Positions 1 to 11,308 of a stretch of 64,000 nt of DNA are shown piece after piece. A model generated the notes under the pieces. The model saw only the letters and a program-made list of their open reading frames with translations, made no database searches and was not told the origin of the DNA. Source of the DNA: the human T2T-CHM13v2.0 reference genome, Homo sapiens; NCBI RefSeq assembly GCF_009914755.1, contig NC_060929.1. One strand, given 5' to 3'. Every line of letters starts with the position of its first letter. Positions within the stretch are counted from its first letter, which is position 1. Both the position numbers and the translations under genes were made by a program.

Positions 1-1080
1 AATAGCATCCAAAAGAATATTTAGGAATTAACCAAATAAGTCAAAGACCTACACAATAAAAACTATAAAACATTGGTAAAATAAATTAAAGAAAACATAA
101 ATAAATGAAAACACATCCCATGTTTATGGATTGGAAGATGCAATACTGTTAAGATGCCATTACTACCTAGGGTGATCTACAGATTCCATTCAATCTCTAT
201 CAAAACCCCAATGATGTTTATTGCAGAAACAGAAAAACCCACTTTAAAATTCACATGGAATCTCAAGGGATCCTGAATAGTAAAAACAAAAATGAAAAAG
301 AAGAACAAAGCTGGAGGACTGACACTTCCTGATTTCAAAATGTACAAAGCTACAGTAATCAAAGCCATATGGTACTAACATAAAGACAGACATATAGATC
401 AATGGAATAGAGAACTCAGGAATAAACCCTCACATATATGGTTAAATGATTTTTGGCAAGGGGGCCAGACCATTCAATGGGGGAAAGGATGATCTCTTCA
501 ACAAATGATGCTGAGAAAACTGGATATCTACATGCAAAAGAATGAAGCTGGACCCTTACCTAATACTATACACAAAAATTAACTCAAAATGGATCAATGA
601 CCTAAATACAAGACCTAAAACAAAAAAAAATTGAAGAAAATACAGGGCAATAGCCTGGGCACCATAACGAAACCCAGTCTCTACAAAAAATACAAAAAAT
701 TAGCTGGGCATGGTGGTGTATGCCTGCAGTCCTAGCTATTCGAGAGGCTGAGATGGCAGAATCACCTAAATCCTGGAAGTCAAGGCTGCAGTGAGTCTGT
801 GAGCCTTGACTGCACCCTGGCACTCCAGCAGAGAGGACAGAGTGAGACTCTGTCAAAAAAAAAGAAAGAAAAGAAAAGAAAAAGGCAAAAAGCTTTAGAC
901 ATTTGATTTGGCTGTGATTTCTTGCACAGGACACCAAAGGAATGAGCAAGAAAAGAAAAAATAGACAAACTGTACTTCATAAAAAATATACAATTTTGTG
1001 CATCAAAGACCCTAACCAAAGTGTAAAAAGGCAACCCACAGAATAGGAGAAAATATTTGCAAATTATGTTTCTCATGAGT
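1..1080 (+). mobile_element. Old LINE-1 (L1M-type) ORF2 3' fragment, interrupted by an Alu
   Basis: Degenerate ORF2 motifs such as aagaacaaagctggagg, tacaaagctacagtaatcaaa, caaatgatgctgagaaaactgg. Confidence 0.8.
652..882 (+). mobile_element. 5'-truncated AluJ-like element
   Basis: End of left arm, A-rich linker, right arm (gtcaaggctgcagtgag) and A/GAAA tail. Confidence 0.8.
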
Positions 1081-1172
1081 TAAGAGATTTCTTATAGCAC
1101 CTCATATACAAAGTATCTAATGTAACAGTAATTATTTCCTTTAGTAATTGAAGGAAAAATGGAAAATACTAC

Positions 1173-1292
1173 CTCATTTGAAGAATTTTCCTGCAAACTT
1201 GACACAGGAACAATTTCATTTGAATTAACATAATTGCTGACATTTGGAAATAGTTCTTCAAAAGATGCTTTTTGCACTGAGGACAAATCAAT
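1173..1292 (-). CDS. MEIKIN: MEIKIN coding exon (120 nt, phase 0/0): IDLSSVQKASFEELFPNVSNYVNSNEIVPVSSLQENSSNE
   Basis: cttttatag|ATT GAT TTG...AAT GAG|gtagta. Overlaps track ORF 1092..1286(-). The following exon is not seen in the window. Confidence 0.92.
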
Positions 1293-1382
1293 CTATAAAA
1301 GAATACATTATTGTTTTGTGGAAGTTAAACATTGCAAAAGCAATGATTTTTAAGTAATTAAAGAAAAGTTGAAAAATACCAT

Positions 1383-1498
1383 CTCATTGGAAGCATTTTC
1401 CTGTAAACTTGACACAGGAACAATTTCATCTGAATAAACGTAATTACTGACATTTGGACATAACTCTTCAAAAGATGCATGTTTAGAGACAAATCAAT
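1383..1498 (-). pseudogene. Decayed tandem duplicate (pseudoexon) of the MEIKIN 120-nt exon
   Basis: Aligns to 1173-1292 with a ~208-bp offset. Acceptor ttttacag is intact, there is a 4-nt deletion near the 5' end, and the donor is GAG|at instead of GAG|gt. Confidence 0.85.
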
Positions 1499-1709
1499 CT
1501 GTAAAATGGGTTATAACATTCTTTCATTTTAAAGTAATTTTTTAATTAGGAATTTTTGTTTGCTATGATACACCAGAGATTTTTAAATCACTATCTCTAA
1601 CATAGAACTCTCTCCTAAGTGCCATATCCATTTTTCTATCAGGTTACTGAAATCACCACACATTTCTGTACCAAATTAAAAATTTCCAAAAAAGATGACT
1701 GATTGATTT

Positions 1710-1861
1710 AGAGATGATTTAAGGTGTGCAGGATGCACGTAGGTTATATGCAAAAAACCAACACTATGCCATTTTACATCAGGAACTTTAGCATCCACAT
1801 ATTTTGGTATCTTTGAGAAGTCCTGGAACCAATTCCCCATGAATACTGAGGGATGACTGTA
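1710..1861. mobile_element. MER2-like (TcMar-Tigger) DNA transposon fragment
   Basis: ggttatatgcaaa...cctggaaccaattcccc...actgagggatgactgta terminus. Confidence 0.65.
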
Positions 1862-2016
1862 TATAGTTAAGACAACTGAAAACATGTTTAACAAACACTT
1901 GTCAACAAATGTTCATAACAGTATTATTCATAATAGATAATAAATGGAAATAAATGCGCATAAACTGAATTGATAAACAAAATATGGTATATGTATATAA
2001 TGGAGTATAATTCAGT

Positions 2017-2382
2017 TGATTTGGTTTGGCTGTGTCTCTACCCAAATCTCATCTTGAATTGTAATCCCCATAATCCCCATAGGTCAAGGGAGGGACCCGG
2101 TGTGAGGTGATTGAATCATGGGGGTGGTTTTCTCCATACTGTTCTGATGATAGTGAGTGAGTTTTCCCGAGATCTGATGGTTTTATAGGGTAGTTTTCCC
2201 TGCTCTTCCATGCTCTCTCCTCTGTTGCCATGTAAGACAGGCCTCTTCCCCTTCCACCATGATTGTAAGTTTCCTGAGGCCTCCCCAGCCATGCGGAACT
2301 GTGAGCCAATTGAACCTCTTTTCTTTATAAGTTACCCAGTCTTGGGTATGTCTTTATAGCAGTGTGGAAACAGACTAATACA
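2017..2382 (+). mobile_element. THE1-type MaLR solo LTR inside an old L1 3' end (about 1890-2740)
   Basis: Starts tgatttggtttggctgtgtc...cccaaatctcatcttgaattgt and ends gactaataca. Confidence 0.85.
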
Positions 2383-3339
2383 TAGGTCATAAAAAAGGAA
2401 TGCAGTACTGATACCTGCTATAACATAGATGAATTTTTAAAACATTATGCTAAGTGAAAGAAACCAGGCACAAAACGCCACATGTTATATGATCTCATTT
2501 ATATGAAATACTCAGAAAGAGCAAACCTATAGAGACAGAAACTAAATCAGTAGTTTCTTTGGACTGGAGGGTGGGATGGGGGGATGAGGGCTGACTATTA
2601 ACGAATAGGGTGATGAAAATGTTCTTAAATAGGATCATGATGATAGTTGCACAGTTTTTAAGTATGCTAAAAACCACTGAATTATATACTTTAGTATACT
2701 GAGTTTTATAAAACGTAAATTGTACCTCAAATTTAAAAATATGTTGATATTTGTAAAATAGTCACTAAATTAGTTTTGCCACGAAAAAATCATTTTGGTA
2801 CATTTGTTATTCATCAATACATTTTAACTCCAAATATCAACCAAGAATGAATAAAAAATGAGACACTCATTTTCTGGAAAAAGTATTGATTTTTGGGCCA
2901 CTGGAAAGACTGTGAGCAGAGGATTAACAAAATCCTTTCTCCCATCATGAGCATCTATTGGTTAAATCTGTAACTCCTTTCCCCTAGGAACCTGATAAGT
3001 GTAAGAATGTCAACTGTGTTACTAGGTAACATTGCTTATGGTAAAAATAATGTCTGATTGGAAAATTGTATCTATAGGAGGAACTATAAATGCACTATAA
3101 ATAAATAACTACTGCACTATAAAAGCTAAAATACTTTGAGTTTCCCTGAGTGCAGGGACATTGTAATTACACATGTCCTTTGTGGAGACCATGGACGTTA
3201 TGCATAAGTGCTGTTACAAAAGATACTGGATTTCATCTCCTTGTGCCTGAGCAGTCCCCACACTGCTATGTAAGCCGCTGCATGGACCTCTGTGAGGATT
3301 GCTCACACTGAAGAGGAACATTGGATATTTGACTGAAGA

Positions 3340-4425
3340 CTTGATGACACTGGATTTGATAATCATTTCTTGGATATGACATCAAAAGAACAGGTGAGAA
3401 AAGAAAAAGACAAATTTTACTATGACAAAATAAAAAACATTTGTGCATCAAAGGACACTATCAACAGAGTGAAAAGGCAACCCATGGAAGGGGGCAAATT
3501 ATTTGTAAATCATATGTTGGGTAATGGGTTAACATCTCAGATATATGAAGAACTCCTACAACTCAACAATTAAAAATTCAAAAATAAACAAAGGACTTGA
3601 ATAGATATTTTCCCAAAAAAGATATACAAATAGCTAATTAACACATTAAAAGATGCTCAGTGTCATCCTTATTAGGGAAATACAAATCAAAACCATAATG
3701 AGATACCACCTCACATCCATAAGAACTACTATTACAAAAAAGAAAATAACAAGTGCTGGCAAGGAAGTAGAGAAACTGGAACCCTTGTGCATTTTGCTAG
3801 TGGGAATGTAAAATGGTACAGCTACTAAGGAAAACAGTGTGGTGGTTCCTCAAAAAGAAAAATTGAATTACAATATGCTGTAGCAATTCCACTTCTAGAT
3901 ACATACCCAAAGAATTGAAAGCAGGGACTCAAACATATATTTGTACACCCATGTTCATAGCAGCATTATTCACAATTGTCAAAAGGCAGAAGCAACCCAA
4001 TTGTCCATCAATAGATGAATGGATAAACAAAATGTGTCATATACATACAATGGAGTATCAATTCATCCTTAAAAATAAAATTCTGATGCATGCTGTAACA
4101 TAGATGAATTTGAAGATGCCATGCTAAGTGACATAAACTAGTCACAAAGGACAAATACTGTATGGTTCCACTTATATGAGGTACCTAGAGTAGTCAAATT
4201 TATAGAAACAGAAAGTAAAATGGTGGTTTCCAGGGGTGGGGTAGGGAGGAGCAGGAAGTTACTGTTTAATGCATATGGAATTTCAGTTTTGCAAGATGAA
4301 AAAAGTTCTAGAGATGAATAGTGGTGATGGTTGCATAATGATGTGAATGAATATACTTCAACTGTACACTTAAAAATGGTTAAAATTATAAATTTTATGT
4401 TATATATATTTCATCACAATTTTTA
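3340..4425 (+). mobile_element. L1MB-like ORF2 C-terminus and 3' UTR
   Basis: Track ORFs 3370..3573 and 3915..4103 (CTPMFIAALFTI) are ORF2 remnants; old L1M 3' UTR ending gtacacttaaaaatggttaaaa. Confidence 0.8.
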
Positions 4426-4661
4426 AAACTGAAAGGAAAAAACAGAAGAATCCTGGTTGTTGCTGCAGTACTCTAATTTTTCCTTCTCTCTTGCATGTAT
4501 AGTAGTATACAAAGTACTTTCATTGAAAGTGTGCTTAAGCAACAGAAAAACACAGATATTATTCTCCATAGGCAATATTTCCCTGATATGAGAAAAATAG
4601 AAGAATGGGGAGAGGAGGAGCCAGAAAACAGATACTACAAGTGCCAAATGCTAATACTTAC

Positions 4662-4742
4662 CACAAAACCAGCTGTCTCTGAAGATGGAGTACTTGTTAA
4701 AAGGCCTCTGTTTTTCTTACCAGGAGTACTGGAATTTGTTTT
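4662..4742 (-). CDS. MEIKIN: MEIKIN coding exon (81 nt, phase 0/0): KTNSSTPGKKNRGLLTSTPSSETAGFV
   Basis: catttatag|AAA ACA AAT...TTT GTG|gtaagt. 27 open codons with two S-T-P motifs. Confidence 0.92.
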
Positions 4743-5309
4743 CTATAAATGTTTTTATAAAACAGGGATTGAACAGCAGAAAGAAATAAACTATTTTAGT
4801 ATAGTAAAACTACAATTTCAAGTTAGTTGACCAGATCATAATGTACAGTACTAAGAAAATCCTTAATCTGTTCATTAAATTTTAAACCACTTCACAGGAA
4901 ACTAAAGAATTTTCTCACTTGAGCTAGATCAAACAACATCCAAGAGAACTCTATATGGCATAGCAACTATATGAGAATACCTTGGTTGAAATGAATACCT
5001 TGGTTGAAATTACTATTAATTTAGAAAGAAAAGCTAATTAGAGTGTTGAGTTAGGAAATGGCGCTTCAGTTATCTTTGTTAACTACTAAGAAAGGTATTT
5101 TACTTTCAGCATTTAATTCTTAGTATATTATTGTACTTTTTGTGGAAAGAAAGTATAAGTTATTTCTGGAGCTGTGAAATATATGTAGCAAGGATAATTG
5201 GTTTAAAATATATAACGTTAAATGTATATAGATACTTTCATTTATGGAACATCAAAGTTAAAGAAATTATAAAGTAGGATGTAGGCTCATTTTCTACTTT
5301 TTGAAGATA

Positions 5310-5800
5310 CAAAGAGGCAGACAGACAGACAGGTAGACAAAGCAAGAAAGAGTAAAAGACAGAGTGAGGAGAGAAACAGACAAGATACAAGACCTAAAGA
5401 AAGTGACAGAAAGCGAGGAAGCGACAGGCCAAAAGAGAGAGAGGGAGGAAGGGAGAAGAGGGGAATGGAGAGGAGATGAAGGAAGAGGTAGAGGAGAGGA
5501 GAGGAGGTAGGAGAGGAAGAATGAAAAGCAAAAGACAGAGAAGGAGAGAAAAAGAGGAAGACCAAGAGAAGGAGAGAGGAAAAAAGAGAAAGACAGAGAA
5601 GACAGAAACCAACATAGATTGTGAGCAGAGATTGAGAGAGAGAGACAGAGAAGGACAGTGAGAGAGATCAAGACAGAGACCAAGGAAAAGAGACAGAGCT
5701 TGAGACTGCAAGAGAGAGAAAATCTAGGATAGCAAAAGCAAAGAAACGGGTAGAAAGGTAGAGTAGAAAGTAAGAGTGATAGTCAAACAGACAGAGACAG
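5310..5800. repeat. GA-rich low-complexity polypurine tract
   Basis: About 490 bp almost entirely A/G with gaga/gaca units. Confidence 0.9.
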
Positions 5801-6842
5801 GCAGCTTTATTTCTAGAAATCAGCTGCCTTTTCGGCCTTTAGACTCCATGAAGCAACCATATCCTTCTGATAAATGTTCTTTTTGAATAGGTGTCTCTTG
5901 TAAGATGTCAAGTCTGGAATCTTACTTTCAACCTTTCTTTCCCTTCTGGCTTAAAAGCTTTTAAACTGATCGTTGGTACAAGACATAATCTGGAATAGTT
6001 TATTAGGAAAATTTTTGTCAGAAATGTTTATGGGTATATTTACAATAAAATGAACACATCAGCCTCTAACTTACTAGCTATATTTAGTTTTCGCATTTCA
6101 ACAATGAAGGTTATTCTACCTCTAGGGACTGTGATGCAAGGGTTACAAATAATATATGTAAAAAGAACCTATGGTGTCTGGAGAGTAGGAGCTACTCAAT
6201 GATAACTATTATCATCATCATTGTGGCAGTCCTGAAGGTCCTCTGCTCACATTTCTTCAAACAAAGAACCAGCTGTTCCAGTGCAAGGAGTGTAGTTAGC
6301 TGACAGCCCCCAAGCACAACATCTTTAGAATATGCTTCAGCTTTCATGCTGAGGCCACCATCTTTTCAAGCAGCCCCCAGCCAATGTCTGGGCATAACAG
6401 TCCAACACAAGACTTTCATAATAGACAATCTTTTCTCCAGAACTCCCCATTGTTGAGAGCTTCTGTCAGATCTGCACTGAAGACTGGGGCTATCCCTGCA
6501 TAATCCTGCTTCTTCCCTGCCTTCCTTTCTTAGTCATTAGCCCCTGATGTTTGAACTCTTTATACTGTCTGAGTATCTGCTTCCCAGAGGTCTCATTTGA
6601 CATAATTGTCAACTATCAGTCCAATTTTAAAACATCAGCTTGTATGCAGCTGTAAGTATATAGCTTCCCTACATTTTTTCTTAGATTTGTTAAAATATAT
6701 ATATATATATTTCTAAATCTTCCCAATCAGTACATATTTATAGTCTTTTCAAAAAATATTAGTTAATAAAAGACTAGTTCTTATCAATGCAGGTTTTGGG
6801 GACTGAGGCAGCAGAACTAAACTGTTCTACCTGCATTGCTTT

Positions 6843-6982
6843 CTTTTTTTTTTCTTTTTATTTATTTATTTATTTTTATTATACTTTAAGTTTTAGGGTA
6901 CATGTGCACAACGTGCAGGTTAGTTACATATGTATACATGTGCCATGTTGGTGTGCTGCAGCCATTAACTCATCATTTAACA
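6843..6982 (-). mobile_element. Short L1PA 3'-end fragment
   Basis: poly-T followed by tatactttaagttttagggtacatgtgcacaacgtgcagg. Confidence 0.85.
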
Positions 6983-7270
6983 TAAAAGCAGACCTATAGT
7001 GGGAAGACGGAACCTTGACTTTTAGATAATGAGAGTTTAACTGAAAATTTGTAACTCTATGTTCAGAATCTTTTCCAGGCTGAAACAAATTCATAATCAA
7101 GAAATACATTTTATAGTGCTATAAAAACATTTCCAGCACTTCTCACATGTCCTATTATTTCAACTTGAAAAAAAGATTTAAACTTAGAAATAAATGATTT
7201 TCTGGAAAAAAATAACGTCACACATTTAAGTTAAAAAATCTGCTGAAAGACAAAATAGTTCGAAACACAG

Positions 7271-9148
7271 GTGGAGCAGGATGGCCAGGGATGCCCATCC
7301 TCCAAGGCTCGCCATACTCTTCTAGGTGGCTTTAGCTTTTGGGTAACTGTAGGACCTGGACAGAGTAGGGCAGTCTTGTCCATGAGATATGTCCAGTCCG
7401 ATCTGAGTGTCCTCATCTGCCAGCCTCTCCTGGGGCCCCAGCATGGCATGCCCGCTTGTGGCACAGCCTCGCATGCCTAACCAGGGTGCTTCCCAGGGGC
7501 CCTTCTCATAGCTCCTTCACTAGCAGACCATGCCTCACCGTCAGAGAGCTCCCGCTGACCAGCCACCATGGATGCGCACCTGCCTACCTACAGCCTCCAC
7601 TCCCTTACAGCCTTCCTCCACCTCACTTTGCTGTCATGCACTCGCCCAAGGTCCTCTCCACTGCTTTGCTGGCCCGCAAGCGCAGGTGACCATACTTCCT
7701 CTCTCCCACTGGCATGTGTGTGTACATGCACCCTGCCTCTCCACCACTGCTGGTGTGAGCACACCCTGCCACCGCTAATGTGCGGCACTCTGCCCTGCCA
7801 ATGTGGCCTGCATGAGGGTGTGTACAGAATCCAGTGCCTCACTCCCGCCAGCAACTGTTCACCCCAGCCCACCACTGCTGCTGCTGCCACACTCAAGCTA
7901 GCATAGATCCTGCTATGCTATGCCACTGCCTGAGGAAAGGCACTGGCCAGCACTCCCCATCACAGTGCTGTGGCCAGCAGAGCAGGAACACCGGGCCCCT
8001 CCAGTGCAGCGAGTTCCTAAGCTCCTGAGACCAGAGAACAAAGCTGGGGGCCTGGTACCAGCACCCTTAGAGTTAGAGCAGTCAAACTAGGAATGCTGAG
8101 CTGAGCTCTGGCCCTCTAAAATCTTCCTCAAACAAACTTAACAGACACATAGACCAATGGAACAGAATAGAGAGCCCAGAAATAAAGCTGCACACCTACA
8201 ACCATCTGATCTTCGACAAAGCTGACAAAAACAAGCAATGGGGAAAGGACTGTTTTATTCAAGAAATGGTGCTGGGATAACTGGCCAGCCATATTCAGAA
8301 GACTGAAACTGAACTCCTTCCTTATACCATATACAAAAATCAAGATGGACTAAACACTTAAATGTAAGACCTAAAACTATAAAAACTCTAGGAGAAAACC
8401 AACAAAATACCATTCTGAACATAGACCCTGGCAAAGATTTCATGAGGAAGATGCCAAAAGCAAATGCAACAAAAACAAAAATTGACAAATGGGACCTAAT
8501 TAAACAAAAGAGCTTCCGCACAGCAAATGAAACTATCAAGAGAGTAAACAGACAACCTACAAAATGGGAGAAAATATTTGCAAACTATGCATCCGACAAA
8601 GGTCTGATATCCAGGATATATAAGGAACTTAAATTTACAAGCAAAAACCAAACAGCTCCATTAAAAAGTGGGCAAAGGCATAAACAGACATTATCAAAAG
8701 AAGATATATGCACAGCCAACAAGCGTATGAAAAAATGCTCACCACTAATCATTAGATAAATGCAAATCAAAACCACAATGAAATACCATCTCACACCAGT
8801 CAGAATGACTTATTAAAAAAGTCAAAAACTAATAGATGCTAGCAAGATTGTGGAGAAAAGGGGAATGCTTATCCACTGCTGGTGGGAATATAAATTAGTT
8901 CAGCCACGGTGGAAAGCAATTTGGTGATTTCTCAAAGAACTCAACGCAGAACTACCACTCGACTCAGCAATACCATTATTGGGTATATACTCAAAGGAAT
9001 ATAAATCATTCTACCATAAAGACACCTGCACACGTATGTTCAATGCAGCACTATTCACATAGCAAAGACATGGAATCAATCTAAATGCCCATCAATGGTA
9101 GACTGGATAAAGAAAATGTGGTACATATACACCATGGAATACTATTCA
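7271..9148 (+). mobile_element. Internally deleted older primate L1 (L1PA15/16- or L1PB-like): 5' region joined directly to ORF2 3' part
   Basis: 7271-8127 is similar to the 5' region of the L1 at 50075-51650. ORF2 sequence resumes at about 8140 (aacagacacatagaccaatgg). No 3' UTR or poly-A. Confidence 0.7.
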
Positions 9149-9222
9149 GGTGTAAGGAAGGAGTCCAGTTCCAGTATGCTTAAGTCTTTAATCCATTTTG
9201 AGTTGATTTTGGTAGATAGTGA

Positions 9223-9640
9223 TGATGTAGTGTGAATATGTGTTCCCATCCAAATCTCATGTTGAATTGAAATCCCCAATGATGGAGGTGGGGCCTGGTG
9301 GGAGGTTATTGGATAATGGGGATAGATTTCTCTGGAATGGCTTAGCACCATCCCCTTAGTGCTGTTCTCTTGATAGAGTGAGTTCTTACAAGATCTGGTT
9401 GTTTAAAAGTATAGCATCTCTCCCACCCTTTCTCTTTTGTTCCTGCTTTTGCCATATGAAGTGCCTGTTCCTGCTTTGCCTTCCACCATGAGTAAAAGCT
9501 CCCTGAGGCCTCCCCAGAAGCAGATGCTGCCATGTTTCCTGTACAAGCTGCAGAACTGTGAGTCAATTAAATCTCTTTTCTTATAAATTACCCAGTCTTA
9601 GGTATTTTTTTAAATCACAACACAAGAACAGCCTAATAAA
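9223..9640 (+). mobile_element. MST-type MaLR solo LTR
   Basis: tgatgtagtgtgaatatgtgttccc...ccaaatctcatgttgaattg...cctaataaa; approximate 5-bp TSD agtga/ggtga. Confidence 0.8.
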
Positions 9641-10346
9641 GGTGAGGAATAGGGGTCTAGTTTCATTCTTCTGCATGGGGATATCCAGTTTTCTGAGCAT
9701 CGTTTACTGGAGAGACTGTCCTTTCCCCCGTGTATGTTCTTGATGGCTTTGTTGAAGATCAGTTGGCTGTAAATACGTGGATTCATTCCTGGGTTCTCTA
9801 TTCTTTTCCTTTGGTCTCTGTGTCTATTTTTCTACCAATATCATGCTGTTTGGGTTAGCACAGCCTTGTAATATATTTTGAAGTCAGGTAGTGTAGTGCC
9901 TTGAGCTTGTTCCTTTTGCTTAGGACTGCTTTGACTATTCTGGATCTTTTTTGGTTCCATATGAATTTTAGCGTTGTTTTTTCTAGTTCTGTGAAAAACT
10001 ACATTGATATGTAGTTAGAGATTGCACTGAATCTATAGATTGCTTTAGGTAGTATGGTCATGTCTAATGATATGAATTCTTCTGATCCATGAGCATGAGA
10101 TGTCTTGTTTCTTCTTCAATTTCTTTCATCAGTGTTTTGTAATTTTCCTTGTAGAGATCTTTCACTTCTTGGTTAAATTTATGCCTAGTTTTTTTTTTTT
10201 TTTTTGGTTTTGTTGGTTTGTTTTGCAGCTGTTGTAAATGTGATTGCCTTCTTGATTTTTTTTTCAGATATTATTGGTGTATAGAAATGCTGATTTTTGC
10301 TTGTTTGCATCCTGCGGCTTCACTGAATTTGGTTCAGTTCTAACAG

Positions 10347-10656
10347 TTGTTTTTTTTGTTTGTTTGTTTTTTGAGACAGAGTCTTGCTCTGTTGCCCACA
10401 CTGGACTGCAGTGGTGTGATCTCGGCTGACTGCAACCTCCGCCTCCCAGGTTCAAGCAATTCTCTGCCTCAGCCTCCCAAGCAGCTGGGATTATAGGCAC
10501 CCACCACCATGCCAGGATAATTTTTTTATTTTATTTTTAGTAGAGACGGGGTTTCACTATCTTGGCCAGGCTGGTCTTGAACTCCTCACCTCATGATCCA
10601 CCCACCTCAGGCTCCCAAAGTGCTGGGATTACAGGCGTGAGCCACCATGCCCAGCC
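10347..10656 (-). mobile_element. AluS
   Basis: Full dimeric Alu in reverse orientation with a T-rich tail. Confidence 0.9.
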
Positions 10657-10664
10657 TGTTTGGC

Positions 10665-10972
10665 TTTTTTTTTTTTTTTTTTTTTTTTTTGAGAGAGAGT
10701 CTTGCTCTGTCACTCAGGCTGAAGTGCAGTGGCACAATCTTGGCTCACTGCAACCTCCACCTCCTGGGCTCAAGTGATTCTAGTGCCTCAGCCTCCTGAG
10801 TAGCTGGGATTACAGGCATGCACCACCATGCCCAGCTAATTTTTGTATTTTTTAGCAGACATGGGGTTTTGCCATGTTGGCCAGGCTGGTCTCCAACTCT
10901 TGGCCTCAAGTGATTGCCTGCCTTGGCCTCCCAAAGTGCTGTGATTACAGGCATGAGCCACCATGCCCAGCC
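10665..10972 (-). mobile_element. AluS/J
   Basis: Second tandem reverse Alu with a long T tail. Confidence 0.9.
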
Positions 10973-11019
10973 CTAAGAGTTTTTTGATGGAGTCTTTTGG
11001 TTTTCTAAAAATAAGAATA

Positions 11020-11308
11020 GGCCAAGTGCAGTGGTTCATGCCTGTAATCCCAGCACTTTGGGAGGCCGAAGTGGGCGGATCATGAGGTCAAGAGATCGAG
11101 ACCATCCTGGCCAACATGGTGAAACCCTGTTTCTACTAAAAATACAAACATTAGCTGGGCATGGTGGTGCATGCCTGTAGTCCCAGCTACTTGGGAGGCT
11201 GAGGTAGGATAACTGCTTAAACCCGGGAGGTGGAGGTTGCAGGAGCCAAGATTGCACCATTGCACTCCAACCTGGGCAACAGAGAGAGACTCTGTCTTCA
11301 AAAAAAAA
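11020..11308 (+). mobile_element. AluS (Sc-like)
   Basis: ggccaagtgcagtggttcatgcctgtaatccc...poly-A; flanked by aagaata. Confidence 0.9.

Noticed and set aside
4495-4830. 111-aa plus-strand ORF
   Set aside because: It is the antisense shadow of the real minus-strand MEIKIN exon plus intron, with no independent support.
4975-5010. Perfect 18-bp tandem duplication (gaataccttggttgaaat x2), and similar micro-duplications near 36826, 40330, 43731 and 52390
   Set aside because: Ordinary slippage or repair duplications with no evidence of function.
5287-5711. Hydrophobic and charged ORFs on both strands
   Set aside because: They are translations of the GA/CT low-complexity tract.
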